From NCBI GenBank assembly GCA_964560425.1, contig CAZLLE010000011.1, forward strand, positions 17,626 through 81,625: DNA of 64,000 bases, in the 5' to 3' direction. Each line of letters opens with the position of its first letter. Within the stretch, counting starts at the first letter, position 1. The notes beneath the pieces are model-generated. The model had not been told where the DNA came from and did not search any database. It saw nothing but the letters and a program-made list of their open reading frames with translations. The DNA is from an uncultured Campylobacterales bacterium. Lineage in GTDB: Bacteria > Campylobacterota > Campylobacteria > Campylobacterales > QNZT01. Shown piece after piece: positions 1 through 8,467 of this stretch. The translations under genes and the position numbers were made by a program.

Positions 1-1
1 T

Positions 2-1495
2 CTTCCACAAATTGATGCACTAGAGAGTATTAATATATCAGATATTAAAAAAGGATTAAAAGCCCAACTCCTTTTTGGAGAGACAAAAAATCTAAATAGA
101 CAAGTAAGACATACCAAAATTGCATCTATGACACTTGATAACTTTCTCAAACGAATAGAAGAGGGAGACCTAATTATAGTTCCGGGGGATAGAAGTGATA
201 TTATTGTGGGCTCTCTTGTAGCAGTACATGCCAAAAGCACACCTACTATCTCAGGGATATTACTTACAGGTGGGCTAAGACCAAAAAAGATCATTGCGAA
301 ACTTTTACATGGATTTGATAATCTCTCTATTCCTATTTTGGCAATTGATACAGATACATATACTTCAGCTATGGATGTAAGCCATATTAGACCTACAATT
401 GAAGCAAAAAGTTATACAAAAATCGCAATTGCACTAGGAGCTTTTTGTAAATATATAAACAAATCAGAGATAACAGATAGATTACATATGGAGTCAACCT
501 CCATAATGACACCATTAATGTTTCAATATAATCTTTTTGAAAAAGCTAGAAAAAAGAGAAAAAATATTGTACTGCCAGAAAGCAATGATAATCGAATATT
601 AAGAGCAGCAGAAAATCTTCTAAATTGTAAGGCTGTAGATATTACACTCATTGGAAATAAAAAAGAGATATATCATAGAGCGGCTCTTCTTGGATTAAAT
701 ATAAAAAAAGCAACTATTATTAATCCTCAAACTTCAAATCTTACAGAAGAGTTTATTGAAACACTATACAATCTTAGAAAACATAAAGGCATGACAAAAG
801 AACAAGCAAGAGATGTCATGACGCATAATGAAAACTATTTTGCAACAATGCTTGTACATCTGGGATATGTAGATGGAATGGTTAGTGGAGCAATTCATAC
901 TACAGCCCAAACAGTAAGACCAGCCTTTCAGATTATCAAAACACAACCAAATACATCAATTATCTCTAGCCTATTCTTCATGTGCTTAGATACAAAAGTA
1001 CTAGTATATGCAGATTGTGCAATCAACCAATCCCCAAATAGTGAGGAGTTGGCACAAATTGCTATTAGCTCCGCAAAGAGTGCATCATCTTTTGGAATTG
1101 ACCCCAAAATCGCAATGTTATCTTACTCTAGTGGAGATTCAGGCTCAGGTGAAGAGGTAGAGGAGGTAAGAGAAGCAACACAAATAATCAAACAAAGAGA
1201 ACCATCTCTTGAGGTAGAAGGACCAATACAATATGATGCTGCAATTGATGAGGGTGTAGCCAAAACAAAACTACCAGATAGTCTAGTAGCAGGAAATGCA
1301 ACTGTATTAATATTTCCTGATCTAAACACAGGAAACAACACATACAAAGCAGTCCAAAGAAGTAGTGGAGCTGTTGCAATTGGTCCAATACTGCAAGGAT
1401 TAAACAAACCTGTCAATGATCTAAGCCGCGGAGCAAAAGTAGCAGATATCATAAATACTATTCTAATTACAGCAATTCAGGCACAATCATCATGA
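2..1495 (+). CDS. pta: phosphate acetyltransferase, 5' end cut by window edge (DRTGG + PTA_PTB regions)
   Basis: Frame is open from base 2, with no stop before the listed Met at 128. PGDRSD segment, then PTA motifs YADCAINQ, SYSSGDSGSG, FPDLNTGNNTYKAVQRS and KPVNDLSRGA. 4-nt overlap with ackA. Confidence 0.9.
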   Translation, partial: LPQIDALESINISDIKKGLKAQLLFGETKNLNRQVRHTKIASMTLDNFLKRIEEGDLIIVPGDRSDIIVGSLVAVHAKSTPTISGILLTGGLRPKKIIAKLLHGFDNLSIPILAIDTDTYTSAMDVSHIRPTIEAKSYTKIAIALGAFCKYINKSEITDRLHMESTSIMTPLMFQYNLFEKARKKRKNIVLPESNDNRILRAAENLLNCKAVDITLIGNKKEIYHRAALLGLNIKKATIINPQTSNLTEEFIETLYNLRKHKGMTKEQARDVMTHNENYFATMLVHLGYVDGMVSGAIHTTAQTVRPAFQIIKTQPNTSIISSLFFMCLDTKVLVYADCAINQSPNSEELAQIAISSAKSASSFGIDPKIAMLSYSSGDSGSGEEVEEVREATQIIKQREPSLEVEGPIQYDAAIDEGVAKTKLPDSLVAGNATVLIFPDLNTGNNTYKAVQRSSGAVAIGPILQGLNKPVNDLSRGAKVADIINTILITAIQAQSS

Positions 1496-2571
1496 AAATT
1501 TTGGTACTGAATGTAGGTAGTTCATCAATCAAATATAAACTTTTTGATATGCCATCTCAAAAAGTGATAAAGAGCAAAACTCTAGCAGAAGTAAAAGATT
1601 ATGCAAAAGAGCTAAAAAATATATTAGAATCAATAGATGAAAATATAGACGCTTATGGTCACAGAGTAGTTCATGGCGGTGAAAAGTTTCACTCCCCCAC
1701 CCTAATCACCAATGAAGTTATAAAAGAGATAGAGGAGCTAATACCACTAGCCCCCCTTCATAATAGAGCAAACTTAGAAGGAATAAAAATCTCAATAGCA
1801 CATGATCTAGATAAACCTCAAATTGCTATTTTTGATACGGCATTTCACCAAAGTATGCCCCCATCATCTTTTATATATCCCCTTCCCTATGATCTATATA
1901 CAAAACACAATATCAGAAGATATGGCTTTCATGGAACATCTCACCATTTTGTAGCAAAAGAGGCATCTAAATATCTAAAAAAAGATCTAAACACCCTAAA
2001 CCTAATAACCCTACATCTAGGAAATGGAGCAAGTGCCACAGCAATCCAAAATGGCAAAAGCATAGATACATCAATGGGATTCACTCCACTAGAAGGACTC
2101 ATGATGGGAACAAGATCAGGAGATATAGACCCTGCCATCATCTTTTATCTTCACTCTTTAGGCTTTGGCATAGAACAAATAAATACTATACTACACAAAG
2201 AGAGCGGATTAAAAGGAGTTTGTGGAGAGAGTGATCTAAGAAAAATCTTAGATCAAAATAGCCCCAAATCAAAACTAGCAATAGAGATTTTTACAAACAA
2301 AATCAAAAAATATATAGGAGCCTACAGCGTAGAACTAAGCAAAGTCGATGCCATAATCTTCACAGGTGGAATAGGAGAAAATAGCCCAATAATCAGAGAA
2401 AAAGTATGCCAAAACCTTGATATAAGTATCGATGCAACTTTGGATATAGAAAGAAATAACCAAAATATACAAGAGATCAATACAACCAAAAGCAAAATAA
2501 AAATTTTGGTCATCAAAACAGATGAAGAGCTTGAAATTGCAAGAGAGAGTATGAAGGTTTTAAATTTTTAG
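1492..2571 (+). CDS. ackA: acetate kinase
   Basis: MKILVLNVGSSSIKYKLF N-terminus plus GHRVVHGG, FDTAFHQSMP, YGFHGTSH, LHLGNGAS, GTRSGDIDP and FTGGIGENS motifs. Somewhat short at 359 aa. Confidence 0.9.
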   Translation: MKILVLNVGSSSIKYKLFDMPSQKVIKSKTLAEVKDYAKELKNILESIDENIDAYGHRVVHGGEKFHSPTLITNEVIKEIEELIPLAPLHNRANLEGIKISIAHDLDKPQIAIFDTAFHQSMPPSSFIYPLPYDLYTKHNIRRYGFHGTSHHFVAKEASKYLKKDLNTLNLITLHLGNGASATAIQNGKSIDTSMGFTPLEGLMMGTRSGDIDPAIIFYLHSLGFGIEQINTILHKESGLKGVCGESDLRKILDQNSPKSKLAIEIFTNKIKKYIGAYSVELSKVDAIIFTGGIGENSPIIREKVCQNLDISIDATLDIERNNQNIQEINTTKSKIKILVIKTDEELEIARESMKVLNF

Positions 2572-2640
2572 ATTGGAGACTATACTCTCCAATCTAACGC
2601 AACAATAACTTCATAATATAATAAAATTATTATTGCGTTA
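2571..2640. terminator. two hairpins between convergent ackA and the HipA-like gene
   Basis: GATTGGAGA-ctatac-TCTCCAATC (2571-2594) and TAACGCAA...TTGCGTTA (2595-2640). Neither is followed by a clear T-run on either strand. Confidence 0.3.
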
Positions 2641-2644
2641 GTAG

Positions 2645-4153
2645 TTAAATACCCAAATCTTTCAAAAATTTTCTCTGTTTCAATCTCTCTATCCTTCTAT
2701 TATAAAACTTTTCAAGATGAGAAGAAAAATCAGTAAAGCCATATCTACTCTTTTGTACTTTTAGATTATCAAAGGCTGTAATCTTAGAGCTAATATCAAT
2801 ATAGTAGGGAAATTTATCTATAAAAATTTCTATCACTCTTTTTGCAATTTTTTTGGTTTGTAACTTACTGATGCCTAATCTAGCTGAAAGCATATAAAAA
2901 GAGTTGAGTGAAATATTTTGTCTCTTACCATCTAAGGCTAAGCCAAGCTCATCACTATCTCCTCTATATACACCATTTGAGATAAGATCATATAGAGGGG
3001 AGAGTCTATATTTATTTCGACCGATATTAATAATGGATATATTTTTGAGATGCAAATCGGCATGTTCAATCACAAAAGAGAATAGATAAAACTCCAAAAA
3101 TCTAATTTTTTCTTCTTTACCTTTTACAACCTCTCCAATGGAATCAAAAAGCTTTTCACTTGTAGTAAAATATTTCTGGTCACTTTTGATATTCATGATC
3201 TGAGCAAAATCTTTCTGTTCATATTTATAACCATCATATCTATCATATCGCTTGACCATATAATGAAAATCTATCTCTCCTACTACAAGACCACTCCAAG
3301 GGACATCAAACCCATAGGCATTTTTGGCAAAGCTCATAAAAAGATGTTCATTTAGTCCTAAATATGGTAGATACATCTGATCCTTGGCTCTAAAATTATA
3401 AATAGCACTCCCTTCATTGTAGGGCTTAAGCATATAAAGAGCATTGTTACTTTGTTCTATCTTTTTGGATTCAAAATCTATATTAACATCTATTTTATTT
3501 TGATAGCCACTAAGAGAGGAGTGTTTACCCTTGTCTTTAAGAATTTCATTATCTATATCTAGTTTTAGATCCAAAATATTGACAAAACTTTGCTTCTCTA
3601 AAATATTCTCTTTTACCAAAACCCAATTTTTACGATCACTATAATCATTTTTGTAAGCATAAAGTTTATCTGCGAAGATAAAATCAAAATCTCCATGACT
3701 ATTTTCAAGCTCCAACAATATCTCTGCCAAATTTTTACCTTCACTAATATAAGCATCTCGCCTATCACTCTCAGGAATCAAATTTTCAAAAATAGGAAAT
3801 AGAGAAGAAGATATAAAAATACCATCTTTTATTAAGCCATCTAATTTTTTACCTTTATAGTTTTTATCATATTCAAAAAGATAACGCCCCTCCTCTTTAT
3901 CTAAAAAACCAACTAATTCACCACTTTTTAAAACAGCTATATGGTTTATTTTTGGCTTTGAAATTCGCTGATAATATCTACCTCTACCCTCCCCTATAGC
4001 CTCAATTTCACCACTATTAATCAATAACTTAAGATAACGATTTAGTGTCCGTTTTGGTATATTTGTATGAATAAAAAGTTCAGAAATACTCTGCTGATAA
4101 TTTTGCTCAAAACTCTCTACAATAATCTTTTCATATCTATTCAAAAAATCCAC
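2645..4153 (-). CDS. HipA-family Ser/Thr kinase with fused N-terminal winged-helix HTH (YjjJ/HipH-like), no HipB partner
   Basis: N-terminus ISELFIHTNIPKRTLNRYLKLLINSGEIEAIGEGRGRYY is HTH-like. Kinase core has LSGYQNKIDV (the SGxQxK-type motif) and HADLHLKNISII (catalytic loop). Start is GTG at 4153, or more likely TTG at 4144, which is better spaced from AAAGGTGG. Confidence 0.7.
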   Translation of the reverse strand: MDFLNRYEKIIVESFEQNYQQSISELFIHTNIPKRTLNRYLKLLINSGEIEAIGEGRGRYYQRISKPKINHIAVLKSGELVGFLDKEEGRYLFEYDKNYKGKKLDGLIKDGIFISSSLFPIFENLIPESDRRDAYISEGKNLAEILLELENSHGDFDFIFADKLYAYKNDYSDRKNWVLVKENILEKQSFVNILDLKLDIDNEILKDKGKHSSLSGYQNKIDVNIDFESKKIEQSNNALYMLKPYNEGSAIYNFRAKDQMYLPYLGLNEHLFMSFAKNAYGFDVPWSGLVVGEIDFHYMVKRYDRYDGYKYEQKDFAQIMNIKSDQKYFTTSEKLFDSIGEVVKGKEEKIRFLEFYLFSFVIEHADLHLKNISIINIGRNKYRLSPLYDLISNGVYRGDSDELGLALDGKRQNISLNSFYMLSARLGISKLQTKKIAKRVIEIFIDKFPYYIDISSKITAFDNLKVQKSRYGFTDFSSHLEKFYNRRIERLKQRKFLKDLGI

Positions 4154-4156
4154 CTT

Positions 4157-4174
4157 TCACGCCAAATCACGCCA
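4157..4174 (-). promoter_or_regulatory. GC-rich direct repeat TCACGCCA-N2-TCACGCCA abutting the HipA-like start
   Basis: Exact 8-mers at 4157-4164 and 4167-4174 (10-bp period) in an otherwise AT-rich leader. Read on the gene strand: TGGCGTGA tt TGGCGTGA. Confidence 0.35.
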
Positions 4175-4343
4175 TTTTTATATTTTTAAGATATTTTTTA
4201 TAATTATAGCTCAATTAATAGAAATTTACATTAAGGAGATAAAAATTTTAAATTTTGATTAATCTTTTTGGATACAATAGAGAAAAAGAGTTCCTAATAA
4301 TTAAAAATATATTAAAATAAAAAATCACTTTCAAGGAAACCGC

Positions 4344-5114
4344 ATGACAAAAACTTCAATTATTTTACTATTATCTACAATCTCAATTTTTGCTAATAGT
4401 GCAAAAGATATTTTTGATTCCAAATGTCTTTCATGTCACTCTCACTATATTGATAAACAAAAACTAAATGAAAATTTTGATAAAAACAACACTATATTAT
4501 CACTCAAAGCACCAACACTAAATCAACTCTCATTTATTCTAAAAGATCAAGTTGGAGATCGAATGATTGACCAAGAGGCTCATCGAATGGAGCTTGAAGA
4601 GTTTATCGAAGAGTATATCAAAAATCCCGATCCCAAAAAGAGTAAAATCACCAAACATATTTATAAATTTTTTAGAGATAGCCCATGTTTTGATGGAAAT
4701 ATAAGTGATGAAGAGATTGAACTGATATCTAACTATATTTATGATTATGGTGAAGAGGTGATTGTCAAACATAGTGTAGAGCGATTTAGTTATGAAGAGG
4801 CTCTCAAAAAAGCTCAAAAAGAGAATAAAATTATTTTGATTGAGGGATTTATACCATATTGTCGAGGTTGCATCAAAATGGATCAAGAGGTTATGGTAAA
4901 TCCAAAAGTCAAAGAGAGACTAAATAAAAATTTTGTTTTTGTCAAAAAAAATGCGATCCTTGAAAAGTTTCCATTAGGAATTAAATCTTTGGGAACTCCA
5001 GCTTTCTACTTTATAGATGCAAATGGTTCAAAAGTGTTAAAAAAGGTACAAGGCACAGGCAATGTAGAGGAATTTTTGGAATTATTAAATTCACTCATCA
5101 AAAAAAAGAGGTAA
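4344..5114 (+). CDS. secreted c-type cytochrome domain fused to a thioredoxin-like (CxxC) domain
   Basis: Signal peptide, a heme site CLSCH near the N-terminus, and a C-terminal thioredoxin-fold-like segment with YCRGC. Confidence 0.6.
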   Translation: MTKTSIILLLSTISIFANSAKDIFDSKCLSCHSHYIDKQKLNENFDKNNTILSLKAPTLNQLSFILKDQVGDRMIDQEAHRMELEEFIEEYIKNPDPKKSKITKHIYKFFRDSPCFDGNISDEEIELISNYIYDYGEEVIVKHSVERFSYEEALKKAQKENKIILIEGFIPYCRGCIKMDQEVMVNPKVKERLNKNFVFVKKNAILEKFPLGIKSLGTPAFYFIDANGSKVLKKVQGTGNVEEFLELLNSLIKKKR

Positions 5115-5173
5115 AATACCAAAACATAATAAAATCTCCATTATAATACGCCATTATAAGGAGATTTATTATC

Positions 5174-6265
5174 GTGAAAAAAATTTTATCAATTATATTA
5201 CTATTTAGTTTTTCGCTTTATGCTACAGAAACTATAAAAGTAGGTATCAAATATACAGAACCTTGGGTTATGTATGATAAAAATGTATCAGAAGAGAAAA
5301 GAGTACCAAGAGGATTTAGTATTGATTTATGGAATGCCATAGCCCAGAACCTTGGACTCAAAACTCAATGGCTCTACTATAATAATACAACAGAACTTGT
5401 AAATGCTACAAAAAATAGAGAAGTTAATAGCTCTATAGCAGCTATTACTATTAATTCTAATCGAGAAAAAACAATAGATTTTTCTGCTTCTATGTATGAA
5501 CTTGGTCTACAAGTAATGGTAAATACCCAAAACTCATCTTCTAGTGTTTTATCAATTATGGCAAAAGAGGTAAAAAAACTTATTACTACACAAACCATAT
5601 TACTTTTTATTCTTTTTCTTCTAATTACTATTCATCTAAGGTGGTTTGTAGATAGACAAGATAAAAACTCAAATCTTTTTCCAAAAAATTATTTTAAAGG
5701 TATTTATGAATCTTTTTGGTGGGGTATTACAATGCTTGTAACTTGGGAAACACCTAGAAGTAAAGGTCTTGCTAGAACAATAGATCTACTCTGGCATATC
5801 ACAGGTCTTATCTCTCTAAGTATTCTTACGGCAATTGTTACAGCTTCTCTCACGGCAAATGCTGTTGGTGGTTCCATCAAAAGTCACAAAGATTTAGCAG
5901 GAAAATATGTAGCAGCTGTCGCCACCGATGCACCAAGAAAATATCTTGAAAAATTGGGTGCAAATGTAATACCTGTAAAAACACTTCAAGATGGAATTGA
6001 TCTAATATTAAATGGCAAAGCTGAAGCTCTAGTACATGATGGACCTAGAATTGTATATCTTGCAAACAAACTAAACAAAGAGCAAAAAAAGAGAGTTGTA
6101 ACTGTTTTTCCATTTCAATTCAACCCACAAAACTATGGTATTATCTTCCCAACAGGAGATAAACTAAGAGAGAGAGTAAATCAAGAACTTTTAAAATTAA
6201 GAGAACCAAATGGCATCAACAAAAGTTATCATGACGAACTAAAAGAGAAGTGGATTAAAAATTGA
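5174..6265 (+). CDS. prokaryotic ionotropic-glutamate-receptor-like ligand-gated channel (split SBP type 3 domain with 2 TM + pore loop)
   Basis: GTG start after AAGGAG. Order is signal peptide, SBP lobe 1, TM (TILLFILFLLITIHL), pore-loop-like SFWWGITMLVTWETPRS, TM ending ILTAIVTASLTA, then SBP lobe 2. No TxGYG potassium filter. Confidence 0.65.
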   Translation: MKKILSIILLFSFSLYATETIKVGIKYTEPWVMYDKNVSEEKRVPRGFSIDLWNAIAQNLGLKTQWLYYNNTTELVNATKNREVNSSIAAITINSNREKTIDFSASMYELGLQVMVNTQNSSSSVLSIMAKEVKKLITTQTILLFILFLLITIHLRWFVDRQDKNSNLFPKNYFKGIYESFWWGITMLVTWETPRSKGLARTIDLLWHITGLISLSILTAIVTASLTANAVGGSIKSHKDLAGKYVAAVATDAPRKYLEKLGANVIPVKTLQDGIDLILNGKAEALVHDGPRIVYLANKLNKEQKKRVVTVFPFQFNPQNYGIIFPTGDKLRERVNQELLKLREPNGINKSYHDELKEKWIKN

Positions 6266-6321
6266 TGAATTACAACCATAAAAACCTAACAGACAAACCA
6301 ATTTTTTAAAATCTCTTGATT

Positions 6322-7206
6322 TTATGAAGTCGTTATGAAGCGGGTCTCTATATATTTTTGAAATGCTTTAAATAGTATGGTTTTATACTTATTTTTGTGA
6401 TAGATAATATATAGTTTTCGCTCTAAGCTGATATTTTTTAACTTTACTTCAAAGAGCTCTTCTCTTTTTAGCTCTTTGGAGACTACAAATTTTGATATGC
6501 ATGTGATGACATCTCTATTTTTTTCAAGAAGAGTTTTCATCTCTTCAAACTCTGTAAACTCCATAAAAATATTTAGATCTTTGGCTATATTATCAAGAGA
6601 ATTGAGAAAGATACCTCTAGTACCTGAACCTTTCTCTCTTAATATCCACTTTTTTGAAAATAACTGATCAATATAGAGTTCTCTATTTTTAAGTTTTTTA
6701 TCGCTTGAAACCACAACAAGTTTATCTTCTCCTAGCTCCTCTTTTATGATATTTGGATCATCACACTCTATCTCTATGATACCCATATCTATATCACCAT
6801 TAAGAAGCATTTGAATAATTTGTGAAGAGTTTTTAATATTTTTATTTATAGTTGCATTTGGATGTTCAACCAAAAAATCAAAAATGATTTGAGGCATGAT
6901 AAATTCACCTATAGTTTTACTAGAGGCAATTTTCAAAATACCAGAGAGTTTATCTTTCCTAAAAAAATCTTCAGCATCTTTTAGAGCCAAAAAGTGTTTA
7001 TAAGTTTTATCTTTAAAAAGCCTACCTCTCTCATTTAGTACCAATCTTTTACCAAGTCTATCAAATAGAGGTTCTGAAAGTTTTTTTTCAAGAGATTTAA
7101 TAGCCAAAGATATAGCCGATTGACTTATCGACACTTTTTGGGCAAGTTGAGATATATGTGGACTCTCAGATAGTGCATAAAACAGTTCTAGTTCTCTCAA
7201 TGTCAT
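6322..7206 (-). CDS. LysR-family transcriptional regulator
   Basis: N-terminal HTH (LRELELFYALSESPHISQLAQKVSISQSAISLAIKSLEKKL) plus a LysR substrate-binding-type C-terminus. Confidence 0.85.
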   Translation of the reverse strand: MTLRELELFYALSESPHISQLAQKVSISQSAISLAIKSLEKKLSEPLFDRLGKRLVLNERGRLFKDKTYKHFLALKDAEDFFRKDKLSGILKIASSKTIGEFIMPQIIFDFLVEHPNATINKNIKNSSQIIQMLLNGDIDMGIIEIECDDPNIIKEELGEDKLVVVSSDKKLKNRELYIDQLFSKKWILREKGSGTRGIFLNSLDNIAKDLNIFMEFTEFEEMKTLLEKNRDVITCISKFVVSKELKREELFEVKLKNISLERKLYIIYHKNKYKTILFKAFQKYIETRFITTS

Positions 7207-7237
7207 AATAAAAGATTATACTAGAATTTCTTATAAA

Positions 7238-7263
7238 ATATAGCATGTTATGACATGCTATAT
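7238..7263 (-). terminator. 10-bp perfect hairpin after the YeiH-like gene; could double as an operator for the LysR gene
   Basis: ATATAGCATG-ttatga-CATGCTATAT. On the minus strand it is followed by TTTTATAAG. Confidence 0.5.
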
Positions 7264-7270
7264 TCTCATT

Positions 7271-8335
7271 TTAAAAGGTTGCTACTACTATTTTGGTAAC
7301 TACAAATCCACCAACTACCAACCATACAAACATAGATAAAGCGGTATAAATAGGAGCCAATCCTAAACCTCTAAATTTAGAAAAAATTGTACCCATACCA
7401 AGAGCAGTCATCGCCATAGTTAGTAAAAATGTATCTATTTCATTGATGATATTTACAATATTTTCAGGTACAAGATGAAGAGAATTAAATCCTGCCATAC
7501 CTACAAAATAGACTGCAAACCAAGGAATTACCAATTTTACACCACCGCCAACTGTACCACTCTTTTTGGCTTGATAAGAAAGATAAAGTCCCAAAATAAT
7601 AAGTAATGGTGCAATCATAATAACTCTTGTCATCTTTACAATTACAGCAGAGTTTGCCATATCAGTAGGAGCTCCAGCTATAGAAGCGGGAACAGCTACC
7701 ACTTGAGCCACTTCATGAATAGTTCCACCCACATAAATACCAAACTCTTGAGTACTCATATGCAAAAAACCAGTTGCAGGTTCTATAATAGCAGCATAAA
7801 GAATAGGATATAAAAACATAGAAATAGTACCAAAAAGAACAACCATAGAGACAGCAATAGCCGCTTTATGCTCTTCAGCTTTCAATACAGGCTCTGTTGC
7901 CAAAACAGCAGCCGCACCACAAACAGAAGCACCCGCAGCTGTAAGCATTGAAGTATCTCTATCCATTTTAAAAATTTTCATACCAAGATAACTACCCAAT
8001 AAAAATGTAGAGGAGAGCATAATCAGAGAGACCATGAATCCGTCCATGCCAACATCTGCAATCTGTTGAAAAGTTATTCTAAAACCATAAAAAACAATCG
8101 CAAATCTAAGTATCTTTTTGGCTGAAAATGTAATACCCGTTCCCCATTCACTAGGTATTTGATTATGAAGAGTATTTGCATAAAATATACCCATTACAAT
8201 ACCAATAACCAAAGGAGAGATTCCAAGTGCCTTAACAGCTCCAATATCTGATATCATAGTTGCCGCTGCTGCAAAAATCGCTACAAAGATAATACCACTA
8301 ATAGTGCCTTTACGATTTTGAGGTGAAAATGCCAT
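7271..8335 (-). CDS. YeiH/UPF0324-family integral membrane protein (putative sulfate-exporter family)
   Basis: About 10 TM segments with family-typical glycine-rich helices. A LysR gene is adjacent, as with E. coli yeiE/yeiH. Confidence 0.6.
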   Translation of the reverse strand: MAFSPQNRKGTISGIIFVAIFAAAATMISDIGAVKALGISPLVIGIVMGIFYANTLHNQIPSEWGTGITFSAKKILRFAIVFYGFRITFQQIADVGMDGFMVSLIMLSSTFLLGSYLGMKIFKMDRDTSMLTAAGASVCGAAAVLATEPVLKAEEHKAAIAVSMVVLFGTISMFLYPILYAAIIEPATGFLHMSTQEFGIYVGGTIHEVAQVVAVPASIAGAPTDMANSAVIVKMTRVIMIAPLLIILGLYLSYQAKKSGTVGGGVKLVIPWFAVYFVGMAGFNSLHLVPENIVNIINEIDTFLLTMAMTALGMGTIFSKFRGLGLAPIYTALSMFVWLVVGGFVVTKIVVATF

Positions 8336-8427
8336 ATAAATCCTTTTTTATTTATAATAGCAAGATTTTTGTAGATTATTAATTATTTGACTTATTTGTT
8401 TTTTTTATGATTATGTAGAGTTTTATT

Positions 8428-8458
8428 AAACAATTCAGCACTAAATGCTGAATTGTTT
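8428..8458 (-). terminator. 13-bp perfect hairpin immediately after acs
   Basis: AAACAATTCAGCA-ctaaa-TGCTGAATTGTTT, 10 nt from the acs stop codon. Confidence 0.5.
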
Positions 8459-8467
8459 TTAATCTAT

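Noticed and set aside
764-1452. Antisense ORFs inside pta (764-946, 1123-1452, 1188-1388), and similar ORFs opposite ackA, acs, secA, the RND gene and other strongly supported genes
   Set aside because: They lie entirely within, and opposite to, genes with unmistakable conserved motifs. Their translations are low-complexity (Ile/Phe/Ser/Leu-rich), as expected from the reverse strand of AT-rich coding DNA. I could see no RBS or family signal.
2571-2640. Calling the two ackA/HipA-like intergenic hairpins confident intrinsic terminators
   Set aside because: The stems are good (9 bp, and 8+5 bp), but neither is followed by a U-run in either orientation. They are kept only as a low-confidence feature.
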